From Selaginella moellendorffii (lineage: Eukaryota > Plantae > Lycopodiophyta): a DNA stretch of 64,000 nucleotides. Positions 1 through 11,839 of the stretch are shown here, one piece after another (position 1 is the first letter of the stretch; each line of letters opens with the position of its first letter). The notes below the pieces were generated by a model. It did not search any database. It was not told the DNA's origin and worked only from the letters and a program-made list of their open reading frames with translations. The stretch is taken from positions 744,001 through 808,000 of the forward strand of contig NW_003314297.1 in assembly GCF_000143415.4 (NCBI RefSeq). Reading direction: 5' to 3'. Made by a program: the position numbers and the translations under genes.

Positions 1-447
1 CTTTTGAGTAAATACATACTTAATGTGGATAAATACAATAGCACAAAAAAAAGGCACCAATCAGTTGTTTTCATTTTCCCCAGTTCGAGCTAAGCATAGT
101 TGAGCCGAAAGATGTCGTTGAGGACGAAGAGGGAACCCTCGGCCGTGGGAACGAGATGGAACATCTAGAAAAAAATCCACAAAGAAAATCGATTCCAATG
201 ATTCAATCCAAGTAGAAACGAAGAAAATTGATTCGATCCAATCCAACAAGCAAAAGATCGATGGGGGGGACCAAAAGCGCACCAAGAGAAAACGAAAGAT
301 CTATGGCGGGATCAAACAGATCTAAAGGAAACGAAGTGAAACTTGCTAGCATAAAGCAGGAATCTCTTTCTTCTTCGAGCTCGAGGAGGATCACGCAGGG
401 ATCTAAGAACTCTTGAGCGCCAAGCAAAGAATGGAGGAGGATCATAC

Positions 448-753
448 CTGGCTGAATTTGAGGGGGTGCTCCTCGCCGGGCAGCTGGAGGATCCCGCTGA
501 CAAAGACGAGCATACCTCCGTGCGCGCCCGAGGGCTGGCAGTCGACCGTGGAGATGTTGTGCTTGCACTGCTGGAAGGGCAAGCTATTGAGCTTGTTGGC
601 GATGTTGGGCGCGCCCTGGAATTGCTGGCCCTCGAAGGTGAGCATGGACGCGTCCTGGTAGAGCGAGACGAGCCCGGCGCGGTTGGCGTCGAATGTGTTG
701 TAGTAGTGATCCACGAATGCCCGCGACACCTGATCGGGATCCATGGCCGCCAT
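448..753 (-). CDS. NTF2: Nuclear transport factor 2, exon 1 (last exon not identified in the window)
   Basis: MDPDQVSRAFVDHYYNTFDANR...LTFEGQQFQGAPNIANKLNSLPFQQCKHNISTVDCQPSG...LKFSQ is the typical plant NTF2 sequence; GT donor (GTATGA) directly after FSQ. Confidence 0.93.
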
Positions 754-1260
754 CGATCGGAGCCCCTGCGCGAAGAACCCTAGTTTTTGCTTGGCGAGTT
801 ATAATCTATTCCTTTTTTCCGGTTTGCTTTATTACACTTTTATATCATAGTTGCTGACTCAGCCCTAGCATGTGTGGCAAGTGACGTGTCAGGTGAGTTG
901 GCGTGGCGAGATGCCAGAGAGACATGTGGCACTGACCTGGCAGATGCCCTATGTGTGGGGCACCTGCCAAGTGTCACCGCGGCNNNNNNNNNNNNNNNNN
1001 NNNNNNNNNNNNNNNNNNNNNNNNNNNNNNNNNNNNNNNNNNNNNNNNNNNNNNNNNNNNNNNNNNNNNNNNNNNNNNNNNNNNNNNNNNNNNNNNNNNN
1101 NNNNNNNNNNNNNNNNNNNNNNNNNNNNNNNNNNNNNNNNNNNNNNNNNNNNNNNNNNNNNNNNNNNNNNNNNNNNNNNNNNNNNNNNNNNNNNNNNNNN
1201 NNNNNNNNNNNNNNNNNNNNNNNNNNNNNNNNNNNNNNNNNNNNNNNNNNNNNNNNNNNN

Positions 1261-1590
1261 GGGATTCTGGCGGCGTTAGCGCTGGCGGGCACAGTGATCA
1301 CCGTGACGGTGGTGGGCTTTATCATCGCCTCGCCCTTCCTGCTCTTCTTTAGCCCCGTGCTGGTGCCGCTTGGCACGCTCTTCGTGATCGGCACCGGGAT
1401 GTTTGCGGTGTTTTGCTCTGCGGTGTCGTGGCTCTACCAGTACATGCGCGGCGGACACCCTCCAGGCTCGGACAAGATCGACACGGTGAGGAGGAGGATA
1501 GCTGAGTCCGCACATCATTTGAGCGAGAAGACGCAGGGCACTGGCGGTGATATCAGCCGCTACTTGCAGGACGCAGCCAAGGCTTCGTAA
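1261..1590 (+). CDS. Oleosin (5' end lost in N-gap)
   Basis: Long hydrophobic hairpin with proline knot PFLLFFSPVLVP (PX5SPX3P), then SWLYQYMRGGHPPGSDKID; stop TAA at 1588-1590. Confidence 0.9.
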   Translation, partial: GILAALALAGTVITVTVVGFIIASPFLLFFSPVLVPLGTLFVIGTGMFAVFCSAVSWLYQYMRGGHPPGSDKIDTVRRRIAESAHHLSEKTQGTGGDISRYLQDAAKAS

Positions 1591-2459
1591 GATCTTCCGG
1601 CTAAGCATCCGAGCCAGCTCTGCAGCGATTTCCATTCCCTTTAGCTGTTTCTCTCAGAATCGAGAGGAGTTTCCTCGATCGATCGATGAAACTCCATTCT
1701 CTTTGTCCTAAGTTTGTAGCTTTGCAGCAGAGCTTCTTTTTGTGTTCGTTGTCATGTGGTGAATAAGAAACTCCCAGAATCTCTGAATATCTCCTTTCTA
1801 ATTGTAGAATCTCCTTCTTATTAGTATTTCATTCTTTAAACTACAATATATTCATAGAATAAGTATATTTGTAACCAAGTATTCTTCACTCTTAAGAATT
1901 TATTTGTCTATCTATCTGAACACACTTCAGCATCCAAAAATATATACTCATATATTTGAGTGTCATATGTGGTTGTGATGTATGCTCACGTCTACTTTGT
2001 CTCCGTCCATCATCTCTCTGTCACTAGCACTTGTCCCCGCCTAACACAGATAAATTCTGGCGCCAGCCCCATGGCTGCCGAGGGCGGGAGTTTATGCAAA
2101 CATTCGACAAAGGACAATCTTGGGAATCTCGGTAAACGAGCCTAGCAACCTGGGATCAAAACAAAAGCGCTCTTTGATTGAATGTCACTGAGAAATGAGG
2201 TGTTTTGGTGGCATGTCCTGTATAACCCAATCTTATGGACGGTCTAAATGTGAATTTGTCCTAGTAGATATTAGGTTAATACATGATGTCCATTATATAG
2301 ATTACTAGTAGACTAGAGCCAATGTGTTTTAATATGGAATCACCTTTAGTGCATATTGCGCAGCAAATGCTAGTACAAAAATCAATAATTTTAAACAACT
2401 TTTTCTTTTGATATTTTTATAGGTATATATATAAACACACAATACTATACAGCATATGC

Positions 2460-3300
2460 TATATATTTAGAACACTAATATATTCCCAAAGTGAAAAAGA
2501 AGAATTACTCAGTAAATATTATTGATAAATATATTATATGCATTATTACTTTGGAATATGAATATATTTAGAATACTAAGATTTTAATACTCAACCCAGA
2601 AAACAATTAAAATAAATTTTCTAATTATAATGTTTTTATAGTTATAAAAATAAATATATTTATTACACTTTCAGACAATAAAAAATAAAAGAAGAATTAC
2701 TAAAAATAAATTTTATTAATTAGAATTTACATGTAAAGTATGTTTTTTACTGGGATTATATATTACTACCCAGACCCGTGTTACTAACATGGACCGTGAT
2801 CCCGGCCGTGGTCACCGGGATCACGGTCCGTGTTAGTAACACGGACCACTGTTCACGAACACGGCCGTGGGAACACGACCCATGGCCGTGTTCGTGAAAC
2901 ACGGTGAACACGGCTGGGATCCCGGCCGTGTTCGTAACACTGACCCAGACTCATAGAAATGTAAAGAAGAACTACTAAGATTAATTATTATTAATTAGTA
3001 TATATTATTTATGTTTACTTGGAATATGAATAAATATATAACCAAGATTAAGAACATTAATATATTACTAAGACCCAAACATAACCTAAAAAAATATTGT
3101 ACATATCCTTAAACTCAAACACCTAGAAATGGAATCGAAATAAATCAATTTAATTTTAAGTAATATAGATATTAGCAAATAATTACTTTGCCATGTTCTT
3201 TTTTTAGAATATAAAACAATAAAGTTTAAGAACACTAATCTACTACCCAGACCCAAGTAAAATTAAGAGAAGAAATACAAAAACATAATTGTTATTAAGA
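2460..3300. repeat. Degenerate AT-rich repeat units (AGAACACTAATATATT...CCC motif)
   Basis: Related motif recurs near 2468, 2568, 3050 and 3228; the TTTGGAATATGAAT motif occurs twice (~2549, ~3018). Confidence 0.4.
2776..2942. mobile_element. hAT-superfamily MITE (167 bp, non-autonomous)
   Basis: Perfect 8-bp flanking duplication ACCCAGAC at 2768-2775 and 2943-2950; imperfect terminal inverted repeats CCGTGTTACTAACA / (rc) CAGTGTTACGAACA; GC-rich island in AT-rich DNA. Confidence 0.8.
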
Positions 3301-4369
3301 TATAAACTATAAATTTAAAACCTGATATTCTATGTTTGTAAGATTTATAAAGGTGTTTAATTTATTTGTACTAAGACTAAGCTAACCCACACCTTGAGCA
3401 TCAACGTCATGTTTGAAATGTAATAGAGAGAGGCAATCTATATGGAATTGTTGTAATTGCCCAATCAATACATCAATATAGCTTATCAATTAGTGAGGGG
3501 TGACTCTATCTATAAACGAAACATATACATAAAGAAGAAAATTGTAAGACAAGATAAGTGCCATCTTAGTTATATTAACTGATTGAAAGTCAAAATGAAT
3601 TTTAATCATAGTATCCAAGTTAGGAAATTATATTCTTGGCCCAATGGTTTCTAAATAACATCCCCTATACAATCACCAGCACACAGCAATCAAGCCCTAC
3701 AAGAACCCTAAGAGCTGTTGTTCTCATGCCCACACAATTCCTCACAAGAGTTTTTCAGGAGCCAAAAAAAATTGATAAGCAATGTAGGAGGGCCATAGAC
3801 TTATAACATGCAACATTTTTTGTTGCCTACTGTCCACGCTTATTCCCTAGCAATTCTTTACCCCAGCACCTAGTCTCCGCCCACAAATTCAAATAGTAAA
3901 TGCTCATCATAGAACTGAGTGCTAATAGCAAACTGGATCAATTAATTTCCTATGGCACTCCTCTATTGGATAGCCATGGCACTCCACTTGGCGCTCCACT
4001 GCTCCAAAATGCTGGCCATAGCACTCCACTACTAGTCCAGCCCTAGGGAAAGAAGTGAGAACTAGGATGGAAGAGAGCATATGCATGAGTCAAGCATGGC
4101 AACCATCCATAAACCCTAGAGCTCCTAGGCTTTCCACTTAGTGGCTGCTGACCACCCCTGTGGTGGTGTTGGTCACCTCCTCTCCCGCTTCTCCACAAAC
4201 CCTAGAGCTCTTGGGTGGCCATTGACCACCACAAATATCCCTATGCCATAAAGATCCCTATTGCTGCCTCTCTCTTGACAATTGCCTCTTCTTATTGAGG
4301 AAGAAAACTTGCTTGAAGAAACTCCCAATGATCATCAAGCTCCTCAAATCTTGGACACATCCTCCTCCT

Positions 4370-5000
4370 CAAGCTGCATTTTGAGCACATAGCTTCCTCC
4401 TCCACATGGCTCCAATGCCATTGCCAGCCCTACCACTCATGATTGGCTTGTAGAGCTGGGGATGCTCCTCATCTATGAGTTCCAGAGCAAGGGCAATGGC
4501 TGAATCGAACAGGTAGATGTAGTTGGAAGTGATGGACATCTTGGGACATGATGCATTCACTTTCACGTGATGGAGACAAAGTAGAACAAGAAAAACTTTA
4601 CCTTGAGGAGATCATTGACATTGCTGGTGATTGCTTCTGGGATGAGCTCAACAACTAGCAAGGTGTTGTTCTAGAGAACTTGGAGGCAGGGAATGCCATC
4701 CTGAAAGAGCAATGTGAGTCCTCCAAATTTGGAATAGGGGCTCGATGCCAAGTACTTTGTCAGACTCTAGACAACTAGAATAGTAGTTCATCAAGATGGA
4801 TTTGTTGGGAGATCTAGTGATGGGATAACCATTGGGAAGTCCAAGGCTAAAGTGAATACGGACCGACAAGCAGGGTAGCTTGGTGAAGTGTTCAAAAGCC
4901 GGCTCTAGTTCCCTTGGGAGATCGAATGGCCAATACTCCCAGTCCAAGAGTGGGTGGCACTATCTACTTGGATACTTGGCATGGCTTAACAGAACTTCGC
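4370..5000 (-). mobile_element. Highly decayed retroelement-like coding relic (class uncertain)
   Basis: Frame-broken, intron-less ORF fragments with faint resemblance to the N-terminal RT region of YR retrotransposons; no diagnostic YxDD seen. Confidence 0.2.
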
Positions 5001-5704
5001 TCTAGGCCCATGGCTAGAGCACCCAAAGGCGGAAAGTGGGGAGCGTACCCATAAGGCTCGCATAAGGCCACAGTGTTTTGAAATGTTGTTCTAAAGTCCC
5101 AGACTATGGAAAGGAAGAAGAGTGGTCCTTTGGTGTAGTGACCAAGAATACAGTCATGTGGTGAGGAAATCTTAGAGGACGATGGGACTTAGTAGTCAGG
5201 CTTGTGGGCCTTGTCCCAGTGGTGGTATTGGTGAACACGGCCATGGACAGAAAAGGGACTTGGTGGAGACTGTAAAAAGGATATTGAGGAAGGTTATTCC
5301 CCATGTCTGCAGGCATCTTTAGAATGCTAAAGAGTGGACCTAAGATAGTCACTCATGGATGGATAGCTTAGTCTTTGAGAGACATGACTGTGATGCAGGT
5401 GGTGTTAGACCACCGATGTGACCAAGGTGAATGGGCATGGCTTTAGCGTAATGGGCTAGTATGTCGGTGGTACCTTGGGGTGTCAGTCATTGGATCGGAC
5501 ATGTGAAGCACTTGGACCAAGTAAAAAGGTTGAGTGGCATGGATGCCAATTCTCAGGGCTAGTAAGCCCCAAGTCTTGAATTAAACTTATGAAGGTTGTC
5601 CATGAGGTTCCTCCAAGTGGTCGGAGGTGTGGTTAAGTGATTAAAGTAGAAAGGAAAAATTAATTACTTATATCGAGGTTAAACTCAGGCCAGCAAACTT
5701 GAGA

Positions 5705-5853
5705 ACTTTGGCTACTCGGGGGCCCAAGGTTATTCAAATAACCTCGGCCCCTCTAGCCACTAAAGTGCATAAGATCAAGTTTGGGCTAGCCACCTCGGGC
5801 ACTTTAGCCACCCAAGGTTATTCAAACAACCTTAGCCTCTCGAGTAGCCAAAG
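5705..5853. repeat. Imperfect inverted repeat / foldback relic
   Basis: ACTTTGGCTACTCGGGGGCCCAAGGTTATTCAAATAACCTCGG (~5705-5746) pairs with CCAAGGTTATTCAAACAACCTTAGCCTCTCGAGTAGCCAAAGT (~5811-5853). Confidence 0.55.
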
Positions 5854-7144
5854 TGCCTGAGGTACTTGATATTTTTTCTTTTTTTCTTTTACTATTTGAA
5901 TTTTTTATTATTTTTGTTTAGTTTAACTAACAAAATGTCTTCTCTTGTAGAAAAGGAAAATAGTACTACCTAAAAAGGCTGTTAAAGCCAAGAAAACATG
6001 AGAAATTAAATTCAACACTAGTGAAAATATTACAATTGACATATCTATTGACACATCGTGCAATAAATTTTAAAACAAAAGTTGCATCAAGACCATTTAG
6101 ATGTGGTAAGGGAAACTTATTGCCACCTTCATAAAACTCACTTTGGGCAAATATAGGCTATCACAGCTCTTATTACTTTCTAACTCACTCTATATTCTAC
6201 ATCTTTTAATTTGCCATAAACATATGTTATCAAGTTCTCACATTGGAGGAGAAGCTCTTCAAAAAGCACTTGAACTACTATAACACTCTTGAGAGGATAC
6301 ATTTATAATCTTTAGATACTAGTGCAATTTACATTGGTCCATTCAAAACAAGGAGTTAAGATCCTTCATTCTAACTTATCTACGCAAAAATTTCTTCATT
6401 CATTGCAAAATTACTTACTTGTAAAGCATTTTTCATTACCCTTACCAAGGAGAGTGCCCAAAGTATGCAGTAATAGTAAACTCAACCCATGGCATTTGAA
6501 AAGCACTTAAAATATGCTGAAAAACATCACACCTAAAACTCTAACCCAAACTCTAAACCCTGCTGATGTGTCAAAAAACATTTAACATGAAGATGCAATG
6601 CAAAAAATTGCATATATAACATTAATTTAGACTTTGCCATGCATATGTGGCAAACACTAATGCATACTTATGTATTAAAAAAAAGTTATGCTCAAAATAT
6701 TATTTTGTGAATCACAGTGTGTTACAATAATTTAAGCATGTATGTGGTTTTTTTTCATATATATATTTTTGAAGCATGCAAGATTTTTTATCAGGCCATT
6801 GGGGGGTGTACCTCCCCTCCAAAATTGTAATAAAGAACTGCTTGTCATAATTGGATGGACTTTTGTCATAGTTGTCATAGTTGGATTTTTTAAGAATTGA
6901 GTTCTAATTTAAAAATAGCAATTTAAAAATATTTGCTATGCACTATAAGACACTGAATCTAAATAATTACAATCAGTTATCAATCCTTCAGCATCCCAAA
7001 TGCAAAATCCACTATCAAAGCTAGCACTCACAACATATACTAAAATTCTAGTGGCCAAAGTTGCACACAGTTCTAAAGGTTTGTAAGCATTTTTATTCAA
7101 AAATTATGTGTTAGATAAGAAATTCTGTAAAAACAATTCTTTTG

Positions 7145-10100
7145 TTATTTGGTTCTTTGCTTCTGTTTAGAAGATCTCTTTCTTTTCTTGTTTGCTGGCT
7201 TTTGTGTTGCTTCATCATCGTTAGAACGCACGCCTTCATCGTCTTGCTCATCGTCATCCGAGAGAAGAAGATCTTCGACCCTGTCCTCCTCGACCCCCGC
7301 TTGATCGCCTTTCTCTTTCTCCTCCTCTTTTTGTTGCTTCTTCGTAAGAATCTCAGTCCTGCAATTATACCCGATCAAACAAAACCTGGAGAAGAAGTTG
7401 AGATTCAGACCCTGCTCTCTTCTTTTGTTGATGCCATTTCTTGTTAAACAACTCCTTGGCCTTGCCATCGTCTCGAGCGAGCTCGTCCTCGTCCGGCTTT
7501 TGCTTTACCTCCACACTGCAACAAGAGAGTAAATAAAAAGAGGTACTAGAGAAACGAGAAAACAACCTTGTTTCTACAAGAGCTTGCCGCCGTTCTTTCG
7601 CTCGTTCTCGTAGAACGTTGCAATATTGAAACAATGGACTTGTTCCAGCCTCCCTCTCAGCCTGTTCGTGAAAAGGCTTGAGAGAGAAAAGAAAACCACC
7701 AAGCGCATGCACGTACCTTTAGAAAGGATGCAACAGCTTCGCTATCTTTTGGAGAGAACGAGACCCCTTCCCGCTTCTTTGTCACAAACTCTACATTTCG
7801 TTCAATCTGAAATAACAAAGTTCAGTGCTGGAAAAATTAAAACCGTGAAAGTTGTCTTGCCTGTTCAACGAGCTGCCTCGCTAGCCTTCTAAAACGGTCG
7901 ACATTCGTTTCTTTCACGAATCGACGGAGTTGAGCGAGGGGAATCAGAGCCAGCTCAGGAAACGCCACGGAGTAACACCACTGCGTCAAATGCTCAGCAA
8001 GCTGCTCGAGCACCGTGTTCACGCATTCTTCCTGAAAGGCCCTCGTCTTCACCACTGGTTTACCCACCTACAAATCACCAGCATGAGTCACTTGAAGAAA
8101 CTAAAAAACACGCGTTTACCTTGATCACGACATGAAAATCTACGCTGTCCCCAGCTCCTCCAGTTGGCGGCTTTTTCATCTCTTTAAAATCGAGCATATC
8201 CAGCAGCACGGGAGCAACTGGGATGAACGTATTCGTGGCCGCTGCCAATCTGTTAAGCATCACCGCGCACTGCATTCGCAGAGGAAAGTAGCGAGCAGTA
8301 GGAACGAGACGAGAGACGCCCCCGAGAATTTGAGCCAGTGGATACGCTAGAGGCTGAAGATTGTCCTTGCCAGTGTAAGCGCTCACTACTTTCACCCACA
8401 GTTCCAGCGAAGCCATGTACTGCCAGCAGTAAACTTTCTTGAAGGAATCCTGGAAAGTAAATATTCTATCAGCGTCACCGTCTTGAAGACAAAGCAGAGA
8501 AAACACTTACCTTGGATTTTACAGTGAGTGCGTTTCGGAGTATAATAGCCAGCTGCTTGATAAAAGTAAAGGCGCATTGGTACGAGACAGCAATGTCGAC
8601 GCCATAGAGCTCCACTACACAATTTGCCAGGAATTGTATCCGAGGAAGAGTTGTCGCGCTTACAAACTTTGCGCTAGAAACGAACTGCTTGTAGATGGTC
8701 TTTGAGCAGGACTCGAGGCAATCCGTGCCAAGTTGCATGGCCATGTCGCGGATGCACGAGAAAGCTACGAAAGACAAGGATTGTTCGCCGGTGCTCCAGA
8801 AATGAAACGCAGCCTAGACAAGGAAATGGCTGAGAGTTGAAGAACATCTAGAAAAGTATCTGCATACCTTCAGAAACTTCCTTCCCAGAGCTGGAAACTC
8901 ACCAAGAACAACGATCGACGGCCTCAAACGTCTCAAGGTAAACGAGATCATCCGGTTGTCCGTCATCTGGTTTAACACATGTAGCGCGCTGGCCAGGTAC
9001 GACTTGACAAACGGGAACAGCTTCTTCCAGCGGCCAATTTTCTTGAGATCCTCCGTAGCCACCTTTTTCTCTTGATGAATATGCAGCATTTTCTTGAAGA
9101 TCCCATCGAGCTCAGAGAGAATAAAGACCATGACCTTGTTGAAAACGTTGCTGCTATTGATGACAAATCGCTCCGAGAGCTCCTCCTCCGCCCCCTCCCC
9201 ATAGTGACATGCGCTGCGAAAAGCACCAAGTAGCTTCCGCAGCGCGGCATAGTTCTCCTTTTCCTTGACAGCTATGATCCAAGTTTCTACGTGAGCAATC
9301 GTCAGGGAGTCTTCTTCCTTGTCACGAGACGTTGGCTTCTCAGCATCGTCTTGTTCCTATAAAGAATAACTCGGATAACAAATCAAAAGAAACCAGGCAA
9401 GCCGTACCTCTTCTTCGTCTTCTTTGAACCCAAGAAGTTCTTGATCATGTTCCTCAAGGAACTTATAAAACTCTGGATCCTGCATAGCAGATTACAATAC
9501 AATCGTTAAAGCGTCAGACTAGTTCTGAGCTACCTTCCCCTTGAGTTTCTCGAGATCCATTTTGTGCTTCTCAATCTCGGATTTGAACTTTTTGTTCTCG
9601 TTTTTAACTTCCGCGTTATCCCCATCATCTGGAAGACCAAAGTTAGCTAGATAAATCTTAGACAAACAAAAAGAATACCGCTTTCGGAATCGTCTTCCAC
9701 ATCAGGTGGAGTGATGTCAATAAAGTCTTCTTCCTCTCCATCGACCTGATCGGATGACACCATTTTAGTGCTGTTTTAGTTCGTGGTCTTACGGCTCACC
9801 TCTGGAAGAGGAGCGTCGGGATCACTCGCGTCGTCAGAACCGACTCCATTTTCAACATCATCATCGCCATCGTCAAGGAAATCTCCATCCATGAGCTCAT
9901 CCACATTCATCTCCTCCATTTTCCTACAAGAAAATGGAAATTTGTCAATTTATCAATTTGTCTTCCGCAATTGAGACGTACTTCTTCTTCTTCGTCGACG
10001 CATCGGCAGCATTTTCCGCGAGGGCCGCCTTGCGACGCTTGTCTTCTGCAACAAGGATTAGATGCACTCACTGCAAAACCGCGATTTTTCTTCCATACCC

Positions 10101-10222
10101 AGTGCCGCTTCTTTGTGGCGGAGCGCATTTCGCATGGGCTTGAGCTTCCGGCGCTTGGCGATCACCGACTTGAGATGCTTCTTCGTGAATTTCTTGACGC
10201 TCTTGGGCGCTTTCTTCCCCAT
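7145..10222 (-). CDS. NOC2: Nucleolar complex protein 2 homolog (multi-exon)
   Basis: N-terminus MGKKAPKSVKKFTKKHL; DPEFYKFLEEHD; KKVYCWQYMASLELW, LVPTARYFPLRMQC, YSVAFPELALIP (Noc2 domain); acidic VEDLLLSDDDE tail. Confidence 0.93.
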
Positions 10223-10237
10223 TGCTCAGATATCCCA

Positions 10238-10245
10238 AAACCCTA
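10238..10245 (+). promoter_or_regulatory. Telo-box (AAACCCTA) just upstream of the NOC2 ATG
   Basis: Exact AAACCCTA 16 bp from the start codon; telo-boxes are common in plant ribosome-biogenesis genes. Confidence 0.5.
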
Positions 10246-10899
10246 GCAAGACCCCTAGTTTTAGGTATATTCTACAATTTTGAGAAAAAGTTCACAAACA
10301 AACAAGAAAAGAATAAGATATATTCTCACCATGTTAATCTTCACATATGAAGACCATATGTAGTTGAGTGCTTCTGCTCGAGCACATCTCCTGTTGAAAC
10401 AATGTGTTAGTGTCTGGTAGTAACTAGCGAGTGGCATTTTAAGGTTTTCCTGAACCTTGCTGTCTCATGCTTGGAAATGCAAAATATAAACAAAACAAAA
10501 AAAAAAACCAAATAAATTGGCTCTTGAAACATATAATGGAAAGCTCACCCAGTCGAATCGCAGGAGAGCCCGGCCTGCAGCAAATATATGAAAGCCAGAG
10601 TGTTAGAGTGTGCGTTTTTCTTGTCTCTGATGTTCACACTCAAAGTTTATCAATACTCAAGCATTATTTTCTTGGTATCAGGTTTTTTCTAGGGTTCCTC
10701 TGGTTGGTGGACAGCATTTTGCGGCATAACCGATGATGAGTAGGCGAATCTAGGAATAGTAATCTCATCATGGCTGGAATCCGAAAGACACTCAATTTTC
10801 GATGGGCTTACAAATTTGTTGTGATAGGGAAAGGCATGTCCGTAAGATTCATCAGCATATTTCAAATCTTTTCAAAGAGTACAGCTAATCCTCTTGTGC

Positions 10900-11520
10900 A
10901 CAAGCTTTCCAGGCAGGACAAAAAGGAAATGGCCAAGCTTCCTTATCAAAACCTGGTTGGGACATTGATGTATTTGGCCATGGCGAGCAGAGATATCGCG
11001 GTAGTGGTTTCCAGAGTACATGTCAATTCATTTAGAACCATGGCACTGGTATGCAGTGGAGTGAATCATAAACTACATATGCCAAACTGCATCCTTACAT
11101 CTTGTGTTCAAGCGGGTGGCCAAAGGAAATATTTGTTCAGGGGTGTTGGTACCATATTGGATGGTGAATGTAATGCAGTTGTTTCCTGGCGCAGCCAAAA
11201 ACAGAGAATGGTTGCATTATCAACTTGTGAAGCTGAGTACATTGTAGTGATAGAAGTAGTCAAAGAGGCTCTATGGATCTGATGTTATTAGTTTTGGACT
11301 ACAAGCACCATTGAATGTCTACAATGACAATATGGCGTGCCTACAATCTGCTGTGAATCCAATACACCACTAGAGGAACAAACACTTCGAAGTGTTCACT
11401 ATTTCATCAAAGAGCAGATTGAAAGAGAAGGTGTACATTTCCATAACAAACATGACCACAGATCTGCTTACAAAAACGACTTTTGAAGTCTGCCAACAAC
11501 AGCTCAGACTAGTTTCACAA
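10900..11520 (+). mobile_element. Ty1/Copia pol relic (RT C-terminus + RNase H)
   Basis: PYQNLVGTLMYLA...RDIA; VSWRSQKQRMVALSTCEAEYI; YNDN..C, NP.HH.RNKH, DLLTK; stops and frameshifts. Confidence 0.88.
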
Positions 11521-11839
11521 AGGGAGTAGCAATAGGTCGCAGTGTTTAAACAATAGCAGCAAATCACAGTATGTGATTGAGGCACAATCAAAAGAAACTT
11601 ATGTATACATCTCAATTCTTATTTTCCCATCTTAGCTTTGATGTCCACTGAATGAAAAGGTGCTAAAGAGAGCAATGACAGTCAGCTGGTCATGTAAAAT
11701 GTGGCCTGGTAGCAGAATGCAAAGGCCACCATTTTCTAGTGGCATCTTCATCATGTTTTCGCTGTTCAAGTAGTTATGAACAAAGCCACAAAAACTTAGG
11801 CCTAATTTATATTTAACCAAGCGCAACAAATTTTTCAGG

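Noticed and set aside
840-1394. ORFs spanning the N-gaps (also 24000-24406)
   Set aside because: Artefacts of translating through Ns
2776-2942. Repeat array as a possible CRISPR
   Set aside because: Eukaryotic context; repeats are inverted and nested, with no unique spacers and no cas genes
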